64,000 nt of DNA, from assembly GCF_000150275.1 (NCBI RefSeq), contig NW_002060948.1, positions 1,139,983 through 1,203,982 of the forward strand, in the 5' to 3' direction. Positions within the stretch are counted from its first letter, which is position 1; every line of letters starts with the position of its first letter. The position numbers and the translations under genes were made by a program. The DNA is from Trichoplax adhaerens. Its lineage: Eukaryota; Animalia; Placozoa. The notes beneath the pieces are model-generated. The model made no database searches. It was given only the letters and a program-made list of their open reading frames with translations, and had not been told where the DNA came from. Shown in pieces: positions 29,201 to 40,891 of this stretch.

Positions 29201-32200
29201 TTAACTTTAACTGAATGACTATACGCTTATAAAAAGAATCATGTTTACGAGTATGTCGGCAAACTGGCTTCAGGTAACAACGGCATGATTGTCTTAGCTT
29301 GTTGCCACTTGATACTGCAGATTCTACATATCTACAGCTAAATTTCACGACGGAGTTTATATCGTTAGCTAATAAGCTCAATCATTCATATCATTAGCTA
29401 ATGAGATCAATAGTATTCTTATAGCTTAGTGTATAAAACTTTTTGCAATTTTAACTACAATTTTAAATTTTACTTAACTAATTTAATTCTATTAACGCGT
29501 TTTATTGTTATTAACTTCCTCTTTTAAATTGGTTTCTAGGCTTATCATCAAAATATGCGAGGTGGAAAATATGTTTGGATCTTGCTCGGATGGCTGCAAG
29601 GTCAATGGTGGAATACAACCGTTATAGCGCGATCCGGCAATTGTACCTCTAAGGAACTAATCGAAGTTTTGGATAACCATTTTACCACTGATTTGGTTTA
29701 TTTAAACGACGATAATGAAACGATTCCATCAGGGAAGGTAACCCACAATAACCAACGATATTAGTAAACTATAAATCATATTTAGATGAGAATCAATCAT
29801 TTGCTGCGTAGAAGTGTACAAGAAGCTTTCGACATATTTTACTTTTGAAATAACATCATGCAATATGATAGTTTTCAAGGATGGTATTTAGTAAGATGCT
29901 TTTTTCATAGCCAACTACGTGCATACCTTTCATGATGTAATTGATTAGCTTAAAATTTCAATGTTTGCATCAGAGATAGATTTTATTAGCTATGCTTTTC
30001 GTAATCATAAAGCTGATTATTTAATAGACATTGCATTACAGTCACAGCACAATTCAAACGCTCAAATAATTACAACTCAATTTCCATTTTTTCTAGAATG
30101 TTAAACAACTTGTGACAGAATTAGAAGATCGATTAGGCTATCCTCCACAAACCCATGGTTATTATCCTTTTGCTTACGATGCTATCTATGCTATGGCATT
30201 CGCCATGAACGTGACTGAAAACCAGTTATCAAAAAATAACAAATCTTTATCACAATTTCATTACGGCGACATTACAATGGCTAAAATGTTAAAAGATAAC
30301 ATGGATTATGTAAAATTTCGCGGATTAACGGTACTTATTTTTCTACTGTATAAATTTCAAATAGATCTAAACCAAAATATATAGGTAGCTGTAATTGACT
30401 AGTGGATGATAATCTAATTTAAAATATATTCGAATAGAGTAAAACATAGTTTATTTATTGTATAAAATAATTATGTATAATTTAGGGTCCAGTTAGCTTC
30501 AAATCAACAGGGGATCGAGAGGGCAATACCAAGATAAATCAAATTCAATGTATGTATGAAATAGACGACATTGCAGTAGACAAAATTGCTGGAAAATTAT
30601 AATTTTATGTAATACGAAGCGAAATAATAATAATTATGGCAAGGATATGTCGATATCCTTTGTACTTTATATATATACATTGTGGTAATAAAAGTATAAT
30701 TAGTATACTTATACCTGTTAAATTCTAATTTAACTAATTTCATAAATTTTTAACTCGTCAGTTGAAGGAAATGTAGGCAATAAAGTACTCGTTGGAATTT
30801 ACAAAAGTTCAAGTAAAGAAATCGTTATGAATAGGCAACTTATCAGATGGACCGGTAAGTGATGATGGAGTTTAAATGTAATGAAACAATTTTCTTGCGT
30901 AAATTCAAGATGTCAAGAGATAGCAAGGCGAAAATATATAACTTTACTTCCTTATCAGCCTTGAATTTATTACGATATAAAAATCTTTTAAATTATTTGT
31001 CGTAAGAACGTATCTATATTTAACAAATAAATAAATAAAATCAGGGGGAAAATATCAGGTGTATGTTTTACTATGTATTTGCGACAATTTAGATAATCAA
31101 CATACATCGTCATTCTTTTAAGATAGTACCTCAGGTCTGCAATAACAATATGCAAAATTATAGTAGACATGTAGTAAAATAAGTTATCTTCTTGAAATAA
31201 TCCCGAAAATAAGCTAATATCTTCATTATTTTCTATATTAACTAAGCCTGAGTTAAAACACGAATCTTTCGTTTCAATTTTCTGTAGATAACTCCACACC
31301 AGTAGCCGCTGTTCGAAGGATTATAGAACCGACATCGATTAACTTAGACCTATTTATCGGTGCTTGTGCCACGGCGGCTTTGGGTATCGTGCTAGCGATC
31401 GGATTTCTCATTTTCAATCTTGTTTATCGAAACCATAGGTAATTTTATGTTGGTAATATCCTCAGTTTACTGTCATTACATTTGACATAAATTAAATTAG
31501 TGAAATAGAAGATTAATTAATTTTAATGCGCATAGAGAATATCTTCATATTGAAGTTACAACTATTAATGTTAAATACTAGATTTTACAAGCAAACTGCT
31601 CTCAATCTTAACAATTTTTTTATGTATACTCCCTCTAGATATATCAAAATGTCAAGTCCAAACTTAAATAACATCATCATTTTGGGTTGTATTATTATGT
31701 ACGCCTCGGTATGTGTTTTTGGTCTGGACAATCGCTTCATTCCGGAACATTTACTTGTTCTAATATGTTCGGTTAGTATGGAAAAATATGAAATAAATTT
31801 ATGCATATGTAACTGCAGAATGATGGCATATAAATCGTTATAGCTGCTCCGATATCATGTATTTCAAATATTAACAATTATAACTATCCTAAACTTTATC
31901 TACTGGCAATGATCATATTGTGATAATACAGATAAAATCTATCTAAAATACAGTATAATCGTTAGAAAAATACACGTGCATTCATCAGTAGATTTACTCA
32001 TGATGTATCTTTGGATATTCTATAAACAGTTACGCATGTGGGTACCAATCATTGGCTTTACCTTAGCCTTTGGTACAATGTTTGCCAAAACTTATCGAAT
32101 CTACAAGATATTTGTTGGTAGTAGATCCAATAAGAAAGTGGTAGGTAGCACTTCAAAACATGAAATTATAATATTCAGTCTATAACTGCAATAGAAGGTA

Positions 32201-33235
32201 GTGTTTATTCATAGCTAAATGCCATATACGGAATTTAAAAATATCTATAAATGCTTTCCAGGCTGTATCAATACCGCAAGTAAGTATGACCTGAAATGAT
32301 ACTATAAAACTATTGATTTTCTACTACCAAATTATAGATTATTACAGATACGCAATTAGTCATTCTCGTTGGTATTCTCCTATCTATTGATTTTATTTTA
32401 TTGGCTACTTGGCAATTAATTGATCCACCAACTATTCAACGTTTCAATATTTCAGTAAGTGAATAGGTTTAATCATTACTACTCGCTAGAATGCACTATT
32501 GTTATGATTTATTAATACCTTATATTTTATATCATGTTCACTAAACATTGGTATCCTCAGTATATATTGAATACGGTTACTATTTCCTATCGTAGACTTA
32601 TCAGAAAAGCCAAGATGAAACAATCGTTTCTCAAATTTGGTTGTGCCATAGTAAGCATAACTTATACTGGTTTATTGCATTATATACCGAGAAAGGATTG
32701 CTATTGCTGGCTGGTATGTTTCTGGCATGGGAAACACGAGGTGTTCGCTACGCAGCATTGAATGATTCTCAGTACATTGCAATGTCAGTTTATAATGTCG
32801 TGATTCTAAGTGGAGTGGGAGTATTAGTGGTTTCTATTATGGCTAAAAGTATTAATGCAGCTTATGCGTTAATGTCGGCGTTATTAATATTTGGCAATAC
32901 AGTCATTTTATGCTTGGTATTCGTTCCAAAGGTATCGATTGATTTATCTAATTACTATTGATAGCTAACTAATATACACCTAAATAGCATACAACAAGTA
33001 CTTACAATTTATTTCGCAAAATCAGTTAATTAATGTATTAAAAGTCACTGATCGATTTCTTTATATCTTTTTCTTAATTAATTCAACTATCTCGTCAATA
33101 AATAAGTTTATCGAATTCAAGAGAAAAGACGATCCAATTCATGGTGATTCAAGAAGGCCATCTATGAATCCTTCAGCTATGCAATCAATATCGGCTACAA
33201 ATATGGCTCTTATTAGTAAAACACCTAGCACATGA
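20243..33235 (+). CDS. GABA-B-receptor-like class C GPCR, paralog 2 (complete, ~774 aa; 15 exons plus a possible microexon)
   Basis: Exons at 20243-20524, 27481-27618, 28467-28637, 28809-28910, 29091-29156, 29540-29737, 30097-30330, 30486-30549, 30762-30854, 31288-31438, 31639-31771, 32030-32140, 32338-32454, 32596-32931 and 33107-33235, all GT-AG and in frame. Hydrophobic signal peptide, then a Venus flytrap domain ([55 protein letters not shown]), then 7TM (IKMSSPNLNNIIILGC, FAKTYRIYKIF, AWETRGVRYAALNDSQYIAMSVYNVV, LVFVPK). Stop TGA at 33233-33235. Confidence 0.93.
21660..23320. repeat. Degenerate satellite-like array (~11 units of ~140-180 bp) in intron 1 of paralog 2
   Basis: Consensus-like AAGAGAGTTCAAAAATGCCCTTTTTGACTTCTTTGCGCAGAACTACCTAAAAT recurs at ~21661, 21844, 22028, 22288, 22431, 22572, 22727, 22872, 23030 and 23195. 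Confidence 0.8.
25135..26090. repeat. Degenerate array (~5 units, ~200-270 bp) in intron 1 of paralog 2
   Basis: AGCTAT..AAAGC..AGAAAGGAAGATTAAAATTC..CTA(G/A)TCAAAGATGAAC variants at ~25137, 25328, 25532, 25799 and 26001. Confidence 0.7.
32262..32279 (+). other. Candidate 18-nt microexon (AVSIPQ) in intracellular loop 2 of GABA-B-like paralog 2
   Basis: atgctttccAG|GCTGTATCAATACCGCAA|GTAAGT: strong acceptor, perfect donor, phase 0/0 and no stop codon. The downstream intron would be only 58 nt. Confidence 0.5.
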
Positions 33236-34929
33236 TAAGTATTATATCATTGTTCCTACTGGTTTATTTCCATTCTGTATTCATCAAAATATGGCATCGA
33301 AATGTCATAGGCAAAATAATAAAGGATAATTATTACTTAATTTCTCTATAGGTCAAAATGTCCACATTCTTTTTGTTCCATTAAAACTAACTAATCAAGT
33401 AACAAAATCACTACTGATTGTAACTTGTTTTCAGGGATTAAAGCTTGCAATAGATAAGCATAATCCTTACATATTGATTTTTTATCCGTACCAACTGCTT
33501 TTTAATAAAGTTAAAGTTCAATCATCCCACTATAATATAGCTATAGCTAGATACGATACCTGAAGTATATTGATTATAATTTCGACTACGAAGACATTGT
33601 AGCAACTTATAATATTAAATCTATTTAAATGTTATTAAATAATTAATTAATCCAAAAATTTTCCCTGTACTATGCTTAATGTTGAACTATACTATTAGTT
33701 TCAGAATTAATCCACAATGGTTATCTTTTGGATATGCTATGCAATCATATCATTTTAATAACAAAAAGTTAACTGATAACCTAATCGAAAATTTTGTTAC
33801 TATTCCTATTTTATGATGATTATCGATATCGCTGATTGGAAAATCAAAACACGCTTTTGTTGATTATCTCATTTCATATGTAATCATCTTTAATTGTTTT
33901 CCTCATTAAAATATATGCCAAGGCACTCTTTAATGGCGAGTGAACACTAATATTTGACTACTGCTGATACTTTATTATAACTCATCTCATATTATTGACA
34001 GAATTCCCTGTTATTAGTTAATGAATTATAGTAAAGCATTAGAACTTTACATATCTAGGCAATTCTAAGCAAATTATACCCAGTATCGATACAGATTTGT
34101 CAATTCGACTGTGTTGTAATTAAGTCAAGGCAGGATACTTAATAGCTAATAAACATGTATATAGAATTAGGATTGCGATTCTCCTATTTCCGTGTTAATT
34201 ACCGATATCTTCTACTGTAATTTTAAGAATTTTATAAGTAAAACACAATAATGTGCTAATGTATGCTCCAAGATTATCGCTACCCTAAGAAAAGGTGAGA
34301 TTTGATTTCGTATCGCACTTTACGTCATCATCATGTATGAAAATTTATCTGCAATTAATATAACAGCTCAGCATGTTTTTGGTATTATCGTCAAAGCACA
34401 AATTTTATTGTGAGTTAAAAAGATAAAGCAATAACATAAAGTCCCTACATAAGTAATTAAAGTTTAAAACAATTACAGCAGCTACGATTACATATATTAT
34501 CTTGTCATAATCTTTTACTTACATTCTAGTGACACTACATTATGTTGTGATTTATATTTCTAAGTTTATAAATTATATGTAATTTAATATAGTAACTATA
34601 TAACCGCCACAGCGGCTTATATTACAAATTGCAACTATATCTCATACTTCATAGTGGTAGGATTTAGCTACTACTGGTATCTACTAAATTGGAGGGTTGT
34701 GGTTACAAAATATTATAAGTGGTAAGGATAGTTTCGTGAAATGCGCTAATCGATTGATTAAGCAATCAATAAATCCAGCATTGCATTGTAACCAGTTATA
34801 TTAGTCATCGTATTACTTCATACATTTGAAATAAGTTATTGAATGAATATTCGCCTTTTACAAACTTCACAGATTATGTTAGATTTGCTATGTATTTTTA
34901 GAGTCATATACAGTAATATTAGCTTGATC

Positions 34930-37900
34930 TTATGGCAAAATAGCTCCTTCACTTATAGGCATGCTAATAACTGCAGTAATAATCGGTGAACTCTTTCCTT
35001 TGTGGAGTACAAAGACCTGCAAAAAAAAGTAAAATAATTCAGCTTTTAGCTTTAATAAAAAACTCCGAATAAAGGTATGCAGTCCAGTAGTAAATAGCAA
35101 TTTTATATAACGTAAAACACATCAATAAACAAACCTTGATATTATCTGAAATGCCTTTATCACTTAAACATTCAACCATAATTTCAAAATTATAACTTAA
35201 TCCCGGCACGATCATGGGTATCTATCATTTATATTAAGCATCATCTTATCAAAATAGAGTCTAAAAATGTTGTGCTAGTAATTTGACAGCATTGATCAGA
35301 ATAAGGAAGGTGCTGAAGAGAATTGTAACCTGAATGTAAGTTCTATCCAATTTATAAAGAGCATCATCGTATTGGGAAGTCATTAATAAATCAAATGATG
35401 GGTTATTTGCTGATGTATTTTGCAAGTTGATTGTTAATTTAAAAACTGGGCCAATTCCTTGAACCTAAGTTAGAAAGATCAATTTTAGAGTCGAATAACT
35501 GGATATACAATCTCTTTTGATCAAAGTGTCCGTAAAATATATTGAATCATATTGGTCTACCGTGGCTGATAACTTTAGAGGATCTTGCAATAATGCTGAT
35601 ACTGGATTCAAACTTGTGGTAAGGGCTCTAACGTAGGAACGTGCTGATTCCAAACGCAGCCGATATAGATCATGCTGAAAAGTTCTGTGCATTGCTATCA
35701 CGAGTCAAATAACGTGGTGTTATACATCTTTCAATATTTAAGTAGTCAGTATTAATTATAACTTTGAAACCTAAATTACGAAATAGGAACTAGACAACTT
35801 ACAAACATAGTTCTCACGTTCTCTTTGCATTTGATCGACAAACAGTTTTGTCTTTCTCGGAACGTTAAGTTTAAGATTTTGGCCAGATGGAGCACCGACA
35901 ACTTTGTGTAATTAATTCAAATAATTAAAGTAAAATGAGAATTTCCATTTTCCAGTAGGAAAATAGTTAGATCTATATAGCTATCTATTAATTAATACGT
36001 TGTTGGGTATCCTTAGTCTCAAACGTAGTATTCCTTTTCAGAATCCTAACAGATAATCCACCAGCTAAAACAGGAAGATTGTATGTGAAATTAGCAACTT
36101 TAATATAATCAATAGGAAATTTTTTAAAGTCAATTCTCGTAATTCTGAGATACCTTTGGTAACTAATATTAGTGAGCAATCTTCTCGACCAAATCGGCCG
36201 AATTTTAAACCCGTGACTGGATCCTTTGACATTATGAACAAATCTTAGTAGAGAAATTACTGCCCTACTTAATGAGATTTAGATATCTTTACCTGGGTTT
36301 TAATAACGTTCACTAAAAATTTATCGCGATAAATTCTTGTTTCTCCATTATTTAACGCTACCAAGACTATCAAAATCAGGTTTCAATATTCAAAGAGTTA
36401 AATTAGGTGATTAATTAGCGGTTCTGCTTCATAGTAGGTCAGTAAGCAATTAATATCATAGCTATACCGGCTTTAATTCCCCTTGCTTTATAAGATAGTA
36501 ATTCTAGGGTATTAATTGTATCAGGCATGTCAAGTGACCAAATTCTCTTGCCCTATAATAGAAATTATAACGCAAATATAAAACTGAGAGGTTTCAATTT
36601 ATGACAAGTTACTATACCATATCGAGATGCCTCCTTAAAATATACTCTTTGTACCTTTGTCGTGAAACAATTTAAGGTTTGATCCATGCATCCCACGATG
36701 ATATTTTTACCAATTCGTTCTATGCCAACAGGCTGAGACTTTAATTCAATACAACTTTTTCCTGGATGTTTAGCACCTCTGAAGAAGTAAATTAGCACTT
36801 AACTGTTATAACTAGCATCTCCAGCATAATACCATATTTTTTTACTTTACATTGAAGTAAAATTCTATTCAAAGGTCTGATATAATTTACAATGATCTTT
36901 GATTGATAATGATTATAAATACTTTAATCCATTAGAGTAGGCTTTTAACTAGCTAAATAATAAAACAATGAACTATAGTTTTAATAAAAGTAAATTATCA
37001 CTGCCATGGTTAACATAATTAAGGTTGGTAATTGTATAAATATGAACAGTCTTGCCTGATTTAATTTTATTAATTTTATTTTTACCTTTTCAAGGTATAT
37101 AGATTCCCATTTCGACATGCAACAACGATTCGATATTCTACGTCGAAGAGACCAGATACGGATAGGAAAACTGGAACACTTGGTAAAGTCATCTAGATCA
37201 AGAAAATATTATAAATATTAGAACGGTCAATCATATCATTCCTTCAATCATTATAGATCAATTCTTGAATCACATTTTCCTACCTTAGCTAAGACTGTAT
37301 ACGCTTCAGAATCAAGAACATAAACATCTTGACTTTCCGTTCCAACGACTAAACAACTGATAGCATCGTCATCAGCATGGCTTTTCTTCAATGCTGCTAT
37401 TGCCGTAATAACAGTCTAAAAGAATATTACAGGAACTATCGTTAGAATGATATAAACTCTCAATGAAGCGAGTATCTAACAGCGGAAGGCTTTAATCCAT
37501 TACAGTTTAATTCGTTAACCTGTCGTTTCAAAGGGGTATGTTTATGAACGCGAAGAAAGGCTTCAAGGTCGCTTTGCTCCAATAAGACATATCTGTTGGG
37601 TTTAATAAGATTAGCAACGATTTGATTTCCAAGCAAAATGTGCCATACATGACTAAAAATTGAAATAGAATTACCGAAGACTGCGTATGGTTAGCGGAGT
37701 TCGCGAATCATCCCTTAAAATATCGAAAGAAATTACATGGTCAGTTTCGCCAATTGAATAGATTTTTAAATCAAAAATTAGTTACTTTAATCGTTCTAAG
37801 CTCTTTTTCAGTGTTAAAGCGTCTATTTTCTCCTATTAGGGTAAATAAGACTCGCATCTTTAGAGTCTTTTATGAATAACATAAATTTTATATTTGAAGC

Positions 37901-39626
37901 TTTTTTTGACAATCCAGTTTACCTCTCTGGCTTGTTCCCATAATTCTTGCTCTAATTTGTTAACCTGCATTTTTTAAATTAATCTCTTATTAGTATAAAC
38001 TGAGATGGTTCACATACTACCACCGTACGTTTATAATTTATTGCAAAAAATTGAATATCTGTTGAAGTATACCTCTAAAGGAGGCAAGGTAAATTTAAAA
38101 AACGGCTTCAAGTTCTTATAAACGTAAATAAATGGACCAGATGCAACTCCAACGGCTAAAGAACACAATTTTATTTTGATTAAGTAATTTAGTATTTTAA
38201 TTCTCTTTGAAGTTAGATATAACTCTGAGCTGCTCTAATAGTACATTTATTGTATATATTTGGAATATGTACAGCACTGTTGATACATAAAATAAACATA
38301 TAGAATTATTTTGCTCGCAGTTATAAGTGATTAACACTGGATAACTAGATAAAATTATAAAGTGCACGATAGGTTCATTCCTATGTGATTCGTATATTTT
38401 GGGATTTGATATTATTCTAACATAGCAGCGTATTTATATTTCGCGAAGTTGCCAATGTTATAGGTAGCTATTAATGAATTACTGAGATGATGATGCTTGC
38501 CTGCATGTCTGAATAATTTTAAATTACTTATAAAACAGGTTTCTACAGAGTAGGAATAGACTGATATCTCTTAGTGAAGAACTAGTTCTGAACTATTGCT
38601 TGGCTCGTAATAAAATTGCGTTTCACTACTGGTGAAATATTTTACGAAAACGTTTCACGTAATTACTACTTTGGCTTCTAAATTGTAATTGATCTTAATA
38701 ACCACTTTCATCAATTATACTACACATAACATATACAATATATTTTATATAATATACATAATCTAGATGAGGGTCGATTTTAACATAATAGTTAATGTAT
38801 TACGATATGCAGACTTTGCGCAGTGATATGCATTTACTTACCAGGAACTCGTGGTTCAGTAGCATCCATATGAAATGTACAAACGCCAGTTGGTAAATCA
38901 ATAATAGTTGTCTCTGAAACAAGTGATGTGCCTAATGATAGACAAGTATAGTAAATGGAATAAATAATCATAAGTAATGAAATTTTGATTATAACGTCAA
39001 ATTATTCTTTACCTTTCCATACTTTAAGTTTCATGTCATAAACACCAGTTCCAAGATCAGCAACAATTAACTACAAAATAATAGAAACGATAAAAGAAAG
39101 ATTTCATTCGCACTCTTACGTTAGGTTAGATAGTTTATTTCATCACTTTACCTTATGGTCTCCATCTCCGTTTAAGTCAGCGAGAGCTTTCATCAACAGA
39201 AATTAAAGTAAATTAAGTTAAACTTGTAGTGCTTTATATTACAGTATATGAAATACTTGGAAGTTCTTCAATTTTTTATCAGTAATTGTAAACATACTAC
39301 AATATCACCGTTTGTAGGCTGAAGAATAAGGAAAGATGTAGATAATAATGTACATACCCATACAATTGGTAAAAGTATACAGAGAAGCAACCGGATCTGA
39401 GTGAGCATTTAGCCAGACACTATTGCCCCTTCATATAACAATTTAAAAAGGTGACTTCAGTTACAAATTATCAAAATAGGAGAAAGAAATTAAATAATTT
39501 CAATTTAGTAGTAAAATAATCACATTGTCTTAACGATAACTACTATGTAAAATTTTTATACTTGGAAGCATCAGCATTTTTATCTTGATCGCCATTAGCG
39601 TTATTGATTTCGCTATTGATTAGCAT
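34930..39626 (-). CDS. BBS1: Bardet-Biedl syndrome 1 protein (BBSome subunit), ~22 exons
   Basis: Spliced minus-strand exons give [122 protein letters not shown] and C-terminal [18 protein letters not shown]. Stop at 34930-34932. The start ATG at 39624-39626 is the best guess. Confidence 0.95.
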
Positions 39627-40038
39627 TTTTATGGAGTTCTTTTCAATATCAACGAATTATAATCTCAGTTATATTCTAATAATATTAAGTCTAGCTAGGT
39701 GATAGTAAAGAAATGAAATCTTGACTTTTTACTGTTCTATCCAACAATTTTTAAAAATTATCCCTAAATTTCTGTAATAGTTATTAGCTTCAGTTTGTCT
39801 CTTAATGGTCTTATTATTATTATTATATACAGTACGCAGAATGGATCGGAAAGCAGTGGAAGATTATAACGATACTCGATAATGTTGTGCGGAGTCTCTA
39901 CGTAGTTTTGTCAAAACTTCTGTTTTCCCCTTACTAAATCAATAGAAATTACTTTGGAAATGAGAAGTTCATGTATCTACAGTATAGAAATTAGCGTCTA
40001 CGGTTTAAAATCGACAAATCTACCATACTCTTCAATTT

Positions 40039-40065
40039 GTTTCTTTGGCAACCACACGCATGCGT
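40039..40065. promoter_or_regulatory. Candidate RFX X-box with adjacent NRF1-like palindrome upstream of BBS1
   Basis: GTTTCTTTGGCAAC (40039-40052) fits GTNRCC-N(0-3)-RGYAAC with a perfect GGCAAC half-site. ACGCATGCGT lies at 40056-40065. The pair is ~410 bp upstream of the BBS1 ATG. Confidence 0.55.
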
Positions 40066-40891
40066 AGTGTACCCTTAAACCAATGGGGTAAAATATCACA
40101 AATACCGTTATTCCTCTAGTTTCATAAAAATGCAGAGGATTAATGCTAATTATGCGAATCTTATAATTATCAACACGATATAATCTGGTTACTTAGAATA
40201 GCTGTAGGTAACTCGGTATTTAGGGAGCTAGAAATTCCTAAGATAGCCGATAGTTTTAATTAAAATACTATACGAGGTCATCTCTTTATTCGAGATAAAA
40301 GTTATAAAGGCTTCAAGACTTAATTCATACTTATTTATGTTGACACGCGCATACGTATGCATTGATTTTTAATCATTTTTATAAGTATTATTTGAAATTA
40401 GCAAATCAATCATCTTTATATCTGGTGTTAGCTTACGTACTTTGAGTACTAATTAGTCAATACGTATACACATTTACGCGACCAAGGATTACGTATACAT
40501 ATAATGCATTATATCCTAGCCGATAGCGGCAACCGGCTGTCATAATGATGTCAATGTTGCAGACAATCTAGATATGGAGTATGCAATGTGCAACCAACTT
40601 TATTCATTAACTCTAATGGTACAGAACCTTACTTCCAGATGTACATCTCTGATTGAAAGCTTTGGTCTAGATTATCGCGCGTAGGCGCTTCCGATAACGT
40701 ACATTTATAGATTGGGTACTATGTACAAAATTTTATCAGGCAAGAACGAATAAACATCGCTAATTTATATATAAAAATCCATTTTAACAGATTGAAATTA
40801 CATCTTAATGATGATCGCTTTTAAATAACTGTTACATAGGAAACAGTGTTATCGATGTAACAGAAGTTTCAGGAAAGGCCCTACGAAGATC

